Shown one piece after another: positions 11,001-19,928 of a DNA stretch of 64,000 nt (positions are counted from its first letter, which is position 1; every line of letters starts with the position of its first letter). The notes beneath the pieces were generated by a model. It was not told the DNA's origin and ran no database searches. It saw only the letters and a list, made by a program, of their open reading frames with translations. A program made the translations under genes and the position numbers. Origin of the DNA: a virus. Location: the IMG/VR virus record IMGVR_UViG_3300044608_002890; one strand, written 5' to 3'.

Positions 11001-14000
11001 GGTTTGCCGACCATCCACTCGCCGGGCGTTTAAGGGATCTAGTACATCACAGTTCATAGGTCAGCTTCATGGTCTTAGAATATCCAATTCCATACGCTAT
11101 GCCAATGCTTTTACCAGACCCAGTGAACCCTTTGTAAACGATGCACAAACAGAATTTTTAGAATTCAATGGTCCTCTGACCGGAGCATCACAAAGTATTG
11201 CTTCCTATGCAGTCAATTTACAGCGTGGAAGAATTTACATGTATGATAATCCAGGAATCCTAACTCTGGGTTCCAGTGATTTTACCATAGAAACCTACAT
11301 AAAATTAACTAGGGAACTTCCAAGCTATACGGATCCCAGTGATCCGGGATATATTAGTACGGGTCATGCATTCCATTGGACTTCAACTAGAATAGCATTG
11401 ATCGATCAACTTTTTTTACAAGCTAATTATACTTACTATGCCCAAGCGTACAAAGAAGCCGGCATTTTCATTGGTAGAACCGAATTATATGTTCTAAACA
11501 ACAGCATAAATTTAGGATCGGTGCAACATGGTATGATAGTTGACCTTTGGTATCATGTAGCTGTTGAGCGCGTAGGAAGCACTATTACATTTTACATAGA
11601 TGGCAACTCCGTAGGATCAACATCCATAGCTGGCGACTTTTTCCCACATGCCAACGGTAACCGTCAGTTATGGTTCGGTGCGCAAAAATCTGGTGGGCCT
11701 TTCAGTGCTAAATTTAGTAATTTTAGAGTAAGCACTGTAGCCAGGTACAATGGCAACTTTACTATTCCTCAAGACATTTTTACAAGTGATGCCAGCACAA
11801 GATTTTTGGGTATGAATCAGCCCACACTTACGGCCCGCATAAGAAATACCGACACGGCCTTCTTGTATACTCAAGGCACAGTTGATGTAATTCTTGATGA
11901 TAGCCCATTTCCCGCAGCTGGAGCATCTTCGGCAATAACAGTCTATGGTAAAATACGAACAACAACAAACACACCGTTTGCATCCGATGTAAACAAATCG
12001 CATCTTTTTCTATATGGCAGCATTGACAACCCCAAAGAACCCATTATAGATGGCGGACAGGGTGATTATACCGTTGAATATCAACTCTATAAGTATCGTC
12101 CCTGGGTATCAGGTCAAACATTATTCTATGTAAAAGGTAGCATAAGTGGTTTCAATTATATTGCTCTTACAACAGATTTATCAACTAGTCGTAAGTATAG
12201 GTTAATTTGTCCAACCAATAATAATCTAAGTTGGCGGGATCTTTACCTGGGTGAATTTTTACCAGAATTGAATCGTTGGGTACACGTGGTGCTCATGAAA
12301 AGAAATGATACATTGACCTTGATAGTTGATGGTAAGATTGTATTCAACCTTATAGATGCCGGATTTAAACTAGGCAACATTAGCATAGCCTTGGGTGGCA
12401 GACAGAAAGGTACTAGTACTATTGCAGATGGACTATTGATTAGTAACTACAGATTTTCGCGTGTGGCACAATACGAAGCCCGAATTAACTATCCTAACAA
12501 TGGATTGACTAGCAACGAAGCCTTGTTTGCCAGCAATGTGGTAGCTTTGGCGCAGTTCAACAACGAAAATTATCGCAGACATCCTTCACAATTTGCATAT
12601 CAGAGCTACGCTGATGGTAGAAATCATGGTTTTGAACAAACCATCTATTTGGCCAATGGTCAACATACCATCAATGTAAGTGCCATTACACAAAATCGTC
12701 AGGGTATCTGGGGCGGTGATATCATGACTGCCAATGGACAAATTATCTGGGAAAGTCGCAGAGATGCTCGCGATAATAGCATCAACAATCTAAGACATCC
12801 AGATAGTTCAGTACGTGGCATACACATCAGATATGCAGGCAGCAAACCACTGTATTTTCAGAATGCTCTTGTTAATGCCGTTGACTATGGTTCTAGTGCC
12901 AAAATGCGGTATTTTCCAGCCAATACTTTGTCCAATGTAAATTACAATCCGTTTGAGGTGGAATTTACAATCAAACAAGGCGCTACTAAAACTGTCATAG
13001 TGCCTGATGCTATTAATCCTGATCCTGACCTTAAGAACAGGCGCCGCATAATTTATCAGGGACGTTATCGTGAAATACAGGACATCATGCGTGGGTATTT
13101 CCTCAACGTAGGCATCGAAGGCACTAAACTGAATTTAAATCAGGGTGGTGGTAAAATCACCACGTTTGAAAATTGCACTTTCCTCTATCCCAATGTTACC
13201 TATCTTGGGACTGAATACCTAAGTGCACCAGTAACAAACTTGACAGGATCTGGTGGAACACAAGGTACAGGCCGACTGCTAATCAAACGCAGCATCTTTG
13301 GAGATACTCAACGCAGGTTGACCAAATCCATGTTCCAAAGCAGCCATACAGCATATGGCAATAAATGGTGGTTATACAGAAAATATCCATTGTTTGTTGC
13401 TAACTTGGATGTGGCAGCAGTTCGGAATACCAGCAGAGTGGTCATGAACGATGTAATTTTTAATGCGCAAGTTCAGGCCAATAGCTTTGTAGTCATTAAT
13501 AACAACATACCAGCACAATTAACCGAAGTTGCCATAACCTTTAAATATGGTTCCATTCCAACGCAACGATACACCATTGCGCCCGGAGCAAATTTAACGC
13601 CATCGTTGTTGTTCTATGGTAATGTTGTTACAACAGCATCACCGGAATTCACCAACACTGTTAGCATATATCTACCCTGGAATGGTTACAAGACATCAGC
13701 TCAAGAACAAACCAGCACCATTGTTCAATTGCCTGATATACCCGCAGGCAATTTGCTTGTCGAAGCCGGTGACGAATTTCTTTTAGAAAATAGCGATCCA
13801 TTGATCTATGTTTATTCCGTGCCCGCTGGTGTTGGCAATGTTTATCCCCGTATAGAGACTACTGGTCTGTTGCCAGCCAAATCTAGTTACTGGAGCATTA
13901 AACTAAGCATGTATCGTAATGAACCATTTCAAAGAGTAGCACCTGGTGCTTATGAAAGCATATGGTTCCATGGCAACTATCTACCCAAAGGCACCAAAGG

Positions 14001-14505
14001 TGTAGTCAGCATAGGCAAAATTTTACCCAATAGCTTGGCTCTTTTGGCCTACCCCATAAGTAACCGAACAGTAACTATCTCTGGAGTCAGGAGTACATTG
14101 CCCGGACAAAATTATTTTAAACTATTGCTGTGGCGCTGGGGTACTATTGCTGGTGAAACGGTAACTCTTACCTTAACGCCTCAAAATATATTTGATTTGA
14201 ACACCTGGTATGATGTTGAAGTTGATTATGCCGATGGTTTACTTAAACTCATAGTTAACAATGAAACCATTGCAGAATCCGATCAAAACAATGTATTCCC
14301 GCTAAAACCTGCAGCTGCGTTTAATTTAGATAATAATAATACTGCCAAGTTCATACTAGGAAAACCGCCATTGTTGGATTATTATTCTAGTTACACGACA
14401 TCTAGCTGGCGTGGCTATATACGCAGTCTCGAAGTAAAATCCGGAGCCGATGTGCAAGTAAGCCAGGCTGGTGTATACAACGGAACCTATAGATGGTTCT
14501 TGTAA
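8047..14505 (+). CDS. giant (2152 aa) virion protein with several LamG/concanavalin-A-like domains
   Basis: Repeated GTSDFTIE..WxHVxxxR.....FVDG..DSVRVSNIARY LamG signatures. N-terminal GDDATGDGSYEKPFANI..IYPGDY resembles the start of beta-helix (DUF1565-like) proteins. Confidence 0.75.
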   Translation: MAISRSRKNRPIAEDERYFPYFPSAYRAFIKSFPMEARIHVRQPTYVIDKGFLTLEDDTGLFVLENDEKYTLLNPRNVGGDDATGDGSYEKPFANITPAINYVVNQQLKPPMGRWAFVIYPGDYVERGQDVIRKITYPDYRLALFTDTFYNPITKLPADKRYTINGRSKKDNYIGHWALYNQSWTYEFHYIGAGGNTRVLYQNFPDYYDPVTEKYRNNYAVNGSSKLGYLGLWPTIWNSRTKPPTGGFNLHEGSYTFNAPADGYYRVHYYVEHSYTSTRSNIANAVTNQMLINGNIHPGMYWEERYNHYYIDSTCTNPSVNVDLHEKGNIILHGISNIVTDKYLSGTGSYYINSGGGAIIPFEANSGLDLGTSDFTIEGHFNFGRGGRSGSLITNGAGLLGRRAFELTYSGSVFNFKIYDKNSTARTTSLSSRTVNTNVWVHVTVMRKQTEVYMFVDGIQIDRKPTQVSSYVRNVGYVPNVFTYDLANGPGSFYIGGHQSGSVFSDLKYSKGPNVWIDSVRVSNIARYELPNINSPTVFFTAAPGDASNAMILNLSNNIIDTGYDERAMLAYGAVLPTTYSPFDESTNVNASILFTPTNWLRIPNHPAFNLPNDFTIDFRLLQSVGKQDSFCVISKSHPSITSKKSFSIIAKSTGWDLKFSQTGTTWTTRSISTGRPWNDWNSYRLSKNGANIRFYENGILLYSNILPFSNIFASDANITLGSEGDTSTATSAAVLNNIRIVSNAYTTVNAYVPLTTDYGYDFLETTANGTPESDTILLMGQPGNVLTDASLFQHNVIAKYLSSTNTANGNVFGIPLNPFTDVGTGTSYTWDSTDLQYVKFDPSSRFNILQNGTFTLEFWVRNNNPRKANVVDIITTGIKNLPSVNGDLTLALEGSSFKIYTKRPSVNTRDYPGVIKTWNYPTGLSCGSVSNPATWNHFAWVSDAGRWTFYINGSNVVSNVNTGINQVLATTGDPINFNISNGLMVCRPSTRRAFKGSSTSQFIGQLHGLRISNSIRYANAFTRPSEPFVNDAQTEFLEFNGPLTGASQSIASYAVNLQRGRIYMYDNPGILTLGSSDFTIETYIKLTRELPSYTDPSDPGYISTGHAFHWTSTRIALIDQLFLQANYTYYAQAYKEAGIFIGRTELYVLNNSINLGSVQHGMIVDLWYHVAVERVGSTITFYIDGNSVGSTSIAGDFFPHANGNRQLWFGAQKSGGPFSAKFSNFRVSTVARYNGNFTIPQDIFTSDASTRFLGMNQPTLTARIRNTDTAFLYTQGTVDVILDDSPFPAAGASSAITVYGKIRTTTNTPFASDVNKSHLFLYGSIDNPKEPIIDGGQGDYTVEYQLYKYRPWVSGQTLFYVKGSISGFNYIALTTDLSTSRKYRLICPTNNNLSWRDLYLGEFLPELNRWVHVVLMKRNDTLTLIVDGKIVFNLIDAGFKLGNISIALGGRQKGTSTIADGLLISNYRFSRVAQYEARINYPNNGLTSNEALFASNVVALAQFNNENYRRHPSQFAYQSYADGRNHGFEQTIYLANGQHTINVSAITQNRQGIWGGDIMTANGQIIWESRRDARDNSINNLRHPDSSVRGIHIRYAGSKPLYFQNALVNAVDYGSSAKMRYFPANTLSNVNYNPFEVEFTIKQGATKTVIVPDAINPDPDLKNRRRIIYQGRYREIQDIMRGYFLNVGIEGTKLNLNQGGGKITTFENCTFLYPNVTYLGTEYLSAPVTNLTGSGGTQGTGRLLIKRSIFGDTQRRLTKSMFQSSHTAYGNKWWLYRKYPLFVANLDVAAVRNTSRVVMNDVIFNAQVQANSFVVINNNIPAQLTEVAITFKYGSIPTQRYTIAPGANLTPSLLFYGNVVTTASPEFTNTVSIYLPWNGYKTSAQEQTSTIVQLPDIPAGNLLVEAGDEFLLENSDPLIYVYSVPAGVGNVYPRIETTGLLPAKSSYWSIKLSMYRNEPFQRVAPGAYESIWFHGNYLPKGTKGVVSIGKILPNSLALLAYPISNRTVTISGVRSTLPGQNYFKLLLWRWGTIAGETVTLTLTPQNIFDLNTWYDVEVDYADGLLKLIVNNETIAESDQNNVFPLKPAAAFNLDNNNTAKFILGKPPLLDYYSSYTTSSWRGYIRSLEVKSGADVQVSQAGVYNGTYRWFL

Positions 14506-14511
14506 CCACAT

Positions 14512-14519
14512 CATAAATA
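14512..14519 (+). promoter_or_regulatory. T4-type late promoter variant (CATAAATA)
   Basis: One mismatch to TATAAATA, intergenic, 45 nt upstream of the tail fibre ATG. gp55 is encoded in the window. Confidence 0.6.
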
Positions 14520-14564
14520 TAGAGTATCCATGTATGATTTTTCATTCTATTCAAAGAAAAGCAA

Positions 14565-17500
14565 ATGGCTCTATCACTTAACATAACTGCATCATTTCCG
14601 AGTACGGCAACTTTGCCCAACTATGCCGTTACTCAGTTGGAAATTGCCAACAGTGCAGTTACTGCTAGGATCATTGATCGAAATACGGTCACAACGGATT
14701 ACATTACCGAAGGTTCTGCTAACCTATATTTTACCAATGCTCGTGCTCGTGATGCTTTGACAGTGACCGGTGGAGCATCGTATGATAGCAGCAATGGCAT
14801 ATTGTCTGTAGGTGGTCCAGGCCTATGGCCCAATACCGACAATGTTGCCGAAGGATCTGCAAATCTTTATTTCACCAATGCTCGAGCACGGGCTGCGATA
14901 TCGGCCTTTGACAATTCCATCATCTATGATGATGTCAACGGTACAATCAAAGCCAACTTAGCGGCCATAGGTGCCATAGGTGGAGGACCCAATGTTATAA
15001 GTGTCAATGGTCAGGTTGGCCTGGTTTATCTAACTACTTTGAACATCATCGAAAGTGGTGATAGCAAATATTTTAGCAATGCTCTAGCACAGGCTGCAAT
15101 TTCTGGCGCCTCGGGCATACTGGTTAATGATGGCACTATCAGCATAGATGATACTGTTGACATCTTAGTAAACAACATAACAGCCAACAGCATAACATTG
15201 GTGGATCAAAACAATGCCCTGGCCAATGTCACTATACTTTATGATGCAAATTCTAATTACATTACTGTAGAAGCCAATATTCGCCCCACTGAGGACAATG
15301 TCTTTACTCTGGGCACTGCAGGATCAAAGTGGAATGAGATCAATGCGCATGAATTGACTGTAGATTTCATAACAGCTACCAGCAACATAACCACCACAGG
15401 CGACATTGTAGCACGAAATCTCTTTGGTAACATCACTGGTGAAGTTCTAAAAACCATTACCATTACAGCTACTGGCAGTACGCTCATCATAGACACGGCC
15501 AATGATCCTGATTTGTTTTTACCACAGGGAACTGTGGTTGATTTTAATGCAAGTTCAGATAGCCTCATAGGCATTGGTTTTGATATAGGTATTGTAGATG
15601 GAAGCAATGTACTGGATAGCTCCAACATTACAGGCATAAGCTACACCGTAGGCAATGATTCTGCAGCCACCTATGCAGACTGGGAAGCCAGCTTTACTGG
15701 TCCCAACACCAGAGTATTGAGCTATGTTATTCCGCAGGGAGCTTCTTCGAATCTCATATACTATGCAACCAGCTATGAAAATTCACGTGGTCGCATCGTA
15801 ACTGCTCCGCCATTTACAACCGATGATCTTACTGAGGGTAACCAGAATTTATACTACACTGATGAACGTGTTCAAGCTGTTTTGTCACTTGTAGTCGATG
15901 CCAATGTTGGCATGTTATATGATGAAGTTTTGAATATTATTAGTCTAGAACAAAACATAGGCACTGACGCAGGTCCAATTTTTGCCAATGTTACCGCTAA
16001 TGCTTTCTTTGGTGGTAACTTCTATGGAACATTCATAGGCAATATTCAAGGTGCTGTGGCTAACCTTAATCATCTAACTACCGATGATTTGGCCGAAGGC
16101 AGCACCAATCGATACTATACCACAGACCGCGTGAGGACTGCTGTATTTGCTGGTCCGGGTCTGACTTATTCATCCATAACCGGTGAATTTGAATTACCCT
16201 TTACTGGCGTTGATGCAGGTACTTATGGCAATCCCAATGCCATAGCAAAAATAACCGTAGATGATTTTGGTAGAATTACCAGTGCCAACAGCATCGGCAT
16301 ACTCATTAATTCTGCCAATGTTCTAGAAACTTCTAATGTTTTCTTCACCAATGCCAGAGTTTGGGCCAATGTTGCTCCACGCATAGCCGAACTCACCACC
16401 ACCAACATAGCCGAAGGTGCCAATCTTTATTTTACAAATGCTCGTGCCCGAGCTGCCATAGGTTCTGAAGATGCCAATTTAATTTACTATGAAAACAATG
16501 GTAAATTCCAGGTCAATGTCACAACTTCGGGTGGTGGGGCAGTAACTAGTGTAAACGGACAGACCGGCATTGTTGTTTTAACAACTGCCAACATAGCCGA
16601 AGATTCCAACCTGTATTTTACCACAGATAGAGTCTGGGCCAACATAGGTGCCAACATTGGTAACCTAAATTTCTGGGTTGCATCACACAATACAACAACA
16701 GGCATTGCAGAAGGCACTAAACTATTCTTTACCAATGCTCGAGCTCGCGCCGCCATACAGGCAGCAGACAACAGCATAATCTATTATGAAGCCAATGGTG
16801 GAATTCAGGCCAATCTAACTGCCATCAACAGTGTCTCAAGTGTCAATGGACAGACTGGAACAGTAGTCCTTACTACTAGCAATGTATATGAAGGTGCCAA
16901 TCTATATTTTACCAATACCAGAACACGGGCAGCCGTAGGAACTGCTAATGCTACTGCGCTGATTTATTATGAAGCCAATGGTAACTTCCAGATTAATGTC
17001 GAAGCAGTTGCAGCAGTTACCAGCGTTAATGAACAGATTGGAGCAGTTTCATTATCTACTAGCAACATTGCAGAGGGTGCCAATCTATACTTCACCAATA
17101 CCAGATCACGAGCAGCCGTAGGTACTGCCAACAGTACTTCATTGATCTACTATGAAGGCAATGGTAATTTTCAGGTCAACATACCAGTTGTGGGTGGTGT
17201 TAACAGTGTCAATGGTCAGACCGGTGTTGTTTCATTAACCACCACCAACATAGCCGAAGGCGACAATTTATACTTCACCAATGCCAGAGTTTGGTCCAAC
17301 ATAGCTTCACGCATCTCAGAGCTAACTACCAGCAACATTGCCGAAGGAGCTAATTTATACTTTACCAATGCCAGAGTTTGGTCTAATGTTGGTCCTCGCA
17401 TTGCAGAGTTAACTACCAGCAACATTGCCGAAGGCTCCAATCTATACTTTACCAATGCCAGAACACGCGCAGCTATTTCTGGTGGCACTGGTGTAACTTA

Positions 17501-19928
17501 CATACAAGCCAATGGTCAAATCAACATAGGTCAAGATGTTTCACCAACTACGGATGTAGAATTTAGAAACATCATCATTACAGGTAATTTAAAGGTTCAA
17601 GGAACACAGACCATAATTAATGCCAGTCAATTGGCTATTTCTGATAACATGGTCTACCTAAATGAATCCACACAACAGGCCATTGCCAATGCAGTAGGTG
17701 ATGGTGCAAATGTTGTTTATACTACTGTTCAGGACCATGGCTATCCTGTTGGTACTGTAGTAAGAGTTACTGACATCACCCCAAATACCTTCAATCAGAC
17801 TAGTTATGTGACCATACTGGCCACCACTAGCAATACCTTCACCATAGCCAATGCCACTACTGATACCTATGTAAGCGGAGGCAATGCCTTTGGCAAATCG
17901 TCCATAAATCCAGACCTAGGCTGGGCCGGTGGATACAATGATGGTACCTATCATCATGCTGGCATGTTCAGAGATGCCACAGACGGTGTATTCAAAGTAT
18001 TTGATAGTTATACTCCTGAACCCGATGCCAATATTTACATAGACACTGCGCATATCTCTTTTAGACTGGCCAATCTGGCTGCCAAGGAATTCATAGGCCC
18101 AGTCATAGGCAATGTCAGCAGTCTAGCAAACCATACTACCAGTAATCTAGTTGAGGGTGCCAACCTTTACTTTACTAATGCCAGAAGCCGCGCAACCGTA
18201 GGCACAGCCAATAGTTCTACGCTCATTTATTACGAAGCCAATGGCAACTTCCAGGTCAATACACCTGTGGTTGGTGGTGTAAACAGCGTCAACGGACAAA
18301 CTGGTGTCGTTACCTTAACTACCAGTAACATTGACGAAGGATCAAATCTATATTTCACCAATGCCAGAGCACGAGCAGCCGTAGGCACTGCGGCTGCTAA
18401 TGCCAAAGGACTGAGCTACGTAGAAAGCACAGGCGAATTTAGCCTGGCTGACAGTGGCGCTACTTCGGGCATCTATGGTACCGCATCGCTCATACCACAG
18501 ATAACCGTTGATCGCTATGGTCGCATCACAGCAGTCAGCAACATAGCTTCTATTTCAGGCGTCAGTAGTGTAAACGGTCAGACTGATACTGTTGTTCTCA
18601 CTACGGCCAATATTGCCGAAAGTGGAAACTTATACTTTACCAGTACACGGGCACGAGCAGCTGTTGGTGCTGTTGGTTCAAATCTTACTTACTATGAAGC
18701 CAATGGTAACTATCAGATTACCATGCCTGGTAGTAATCAGCAAATCATATTTAATAATGGTGGTCAGCTAGGTACTTCGGGAAGTTTAACCTGGGATGGT
18801 AGTTCGTTAAAAGCCACTCTTTTGGAGTCTACTCAGAGTTCTGGAGATGAGGGCGGACAATTAACATTGGCCAATGCGGCAACAAATAGTACATTGAACG
18901 GTCCCATAGCCATTGATATCTATCAAAATAGGCTAAGAATCTTTGAGACCGGTGGTTCCAATCGTGGTGCCTTCATTCCATTGGATGCTGCTAGCACAGG
19001 AGTTGGTAGTAATCTATTGGCCGGTGGTGGGGGTGGTTCTGTTTCAAGTGTAAACGGTCAGACTGGTGCTGTTGTACTCACTACAGCCAATGTAGCTGAA
19101 AGCGGAAATCTATATTTCACCAATGCCCGAGCCAGAGCTGCCATTACAACTGCTGCAGCCAATGCCAAGGGACTTAGCTATGTAGAAAGCACTGGTGAAT
19201 TTAGTCTGGCCGACAGTGGCGCTACTTCGGGCATCTATGGTACCGCATCGCTCATACCACAGATAACCGTTGATCGCTATGGTCGCATCACAGCAGTCAG
19301 CAACGTAGCAGCTGCCGGTGGCGGTGCCAGCAGCAATTCATTTAGCACCATAGTAGTAGCCGGTGGCTCCAATGTTGTAGCGACATCGCCCACTGATACA
19401 CTAACACTTGTAGCCGGTGGTAATGTCACCATCACCACCGATGCAGTCACTGACACCATAACCATATCAGCCATAGCCGGAGGTGGTGGGGCCGGTGGAA
19501 ATCCTTTCGACCAAGATCTGAATACTGCCAATGCCGTACAATTTTCTAGCCTGGGCATAGGTACTCCGGCATCAGGCACTACGGGTGAGATTCGCGCCAC
19601 CAACAACATAACGGCCTATTATTCAGACGACCGCCTCAAGAAGAAATTGGGCAACATAGAAAATGCTCTGGATAAAATTCGATCGCTACAGGGCTTTTAT
19701 TACCAAGCCAACGAAGTGGCTCAGAGTCTGGGCTATGATGTGCGCCGAGAAGTTGGTCTTTCTGCACAGCAGGTACAACGCATCATGCCCGAAGTAGTCA
19801 CAGGAGCGCCCATAGATCAGCAATATCTGACCATCTGGTACGAAAGGCTCATACCCTTGATTGTTGAAGCCATCAAAGAAGTCAAAGAAGAACTAGACCA
19901 ACTCAAGAGGAAGGACCATGGCTCTTAA
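14565..19928 (+). CDS. long tail fibre with C-terminal peptidase S74 intramolecular chaperone
   Basis: About 18 copies of TTxNIAEGxNLYFTNARA and many VxSVNGQTGxV repeats. The C-terminal ITAYYSDDRLKK..IENALDKIRSLQG..VGLSAQQVQRIMPEVV..YERLIPLIVEAIKE is an S74 chaperone signature. Confidence 0.85.
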   Translation: MALSLNITASFPSTATLPNYAVTQLEIANSAVTARIIDRNTVTTDYITEGSANLYFTNARARDALTVTGGASYDSSNGILSVGGPGLWPNTDNVAEGSANLYFTNARARAAISAFDNSIIYDDVNGTIKANLAAIGAIGGGPNVISVNGQVGLVYLTTLNIIESGDSKYFSNALAQAAISGASGILVNDGTISIDDTVDILVNNITANSITLVDQNNALANVTILYDANSNYITVEANIRPTEDNVFTLGTAGSKWNEINAHELTVDFITATSNITTTGDIVARNLFGNITGEVLKTITITATGSTLIIDTANDPDLFLPQGTVVDFNASSDSLIGIGFDIGIVDGSNVLDSSNITGISYTVGNDSAATYADWEASFTGPNTRVLSYVIPQGASSNLIYYATSYENSRGRIVTAPPFTTDDLTEGNQNLYYTDERVQAVLSLVVDANVGMLYDEVLNIISLEQNIGTDAGPIFANVTANAFFGGNFYGTFIGNIQGAVANLNHLTTDDLAEGSTNRYYTTDRVRTAVFAGPGLTYSSITGEFELPFTGVDAGTYGNPNAIAKITVDDFGRITSANSIGILINSANVLETSNVFFTNARVWANVAPRIAELTTTNIAEGANLYFTNARARAAIGSEDANLIYYENNGKFQVNVTTSGGGAVTSVNGQTGIVVLTTANIAEDSNLYFTTDRVWANIGANIGNLNFWVASHNTTTGIAEGTKLFFTNARARAAIQAADNSIIYYEANGGIQANLTAINSVSSVNGQTGTVVLTTSNVYEGANLYFTNTRTRAAVGTANATALIYYEANGNFQINVEAVAAVTSVNEQIGAVSLSTSNIAEGANLYFTNTRSRAAVGTANSTSLIYYEGNGNFQVNIPVVGGVNSVNGQTGVVSLTTTNIAEGDNLYFTNARVWSNIASRISELTTSNIAEGANLYFTNARVWSNVGPRIAELTTSNIAEGSNLYFTNARTRAAISGGTGVTYIQANGQINIGQDVSPTTDVEFRNIIITGNLKVQGTQTIINASQLAISDNMVYLNESTQQAIANAVGDGANVVYTTVQDHGYPVGTVVRVTDITPNTFNQTSYVTILATTSNTFTIANATTDTYVSGGNAFGKSSINPDLGWAGGYNDGTYHHAGMFRDATDGVFKVFDSYTPEPDANIYIDTAHISFRLANLAAKEFIGPVIGNVSSLANHTTSNLVEGANLYFTNARSRATVGTANSSTLIYYEANGNFQVNTPVVGGVNSVNGQTGVVTLTTSNIDEGSNLYFTNARARAAVGTAAANAKGLSYVESTGEFSLADSGATSGIYGTASLIPQITVDRYGRITAVSNIASISGVSSVNGQTDTVVLTTANIAESGNLYFTSTRARAAVGAVGSNLTYYEANGNYQITMPGSNQQIIFNNGGQLGTSGSLTWDGSSLKATLLESTQSSGDEGGQLTLANAATNSTLNGPIAIDIYQNRLRIFETGGSNRGAFIPLDAASTGVGSNLLAGGGGGSVSSVNGQTGAVVLTTANVAESGNLYFTNARARAAITTAAANAKGLSYVESTGEFSLADSGATSGIYGTASLIPQITVDRYGRITAVSNVAAAGGGASSNSFSTIVVAGGSNVVATSPTDTLTLVAGGNVTITTDAVTDTITISAIAGGGGAGGNPFDQDLNTANAVQFSSLGIGTPASGTTGEIRATNNITAYYSDDRLKKKLGNIENALDKIRSLQGFYYQANEVAQSLGYDVRREVGLSAQQVQRIMPEVVTGAPIDQQYLTIWYERLIPLIVEAIKEVKEELDQLKRKDHGS
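18450..19304 (+). repeat. 93-bp identical direct repeat (18450-18542 and 19212-19304) in the tail fibre gene
   Basis: GACAGTGGCGCTACTTCGGG...GCAGTCAGCAAC is identical in both copies and encodes DSGATSGIYGTASLIPQITVDRYGRITAVSN. Confidence 0.9.

Noticed and set aside
14565-19928. Diversity-generating retroelement (TR/VR) or invertible cassette in the fibre repeats
   Set aside because: The repeats are in-frame, direct and identical or synonymously diverged, not adenine-specific. No reverse transcriptase or invertase lies in the window.
5337-19928. CRISPR-like array from the recurring CTAT(A/T)TTTTACCAATGC-type motif
   Set aside because: These are codons of the protein repeat NLYFTNA inside long ORFs, with irregular spacing and variable sequence.
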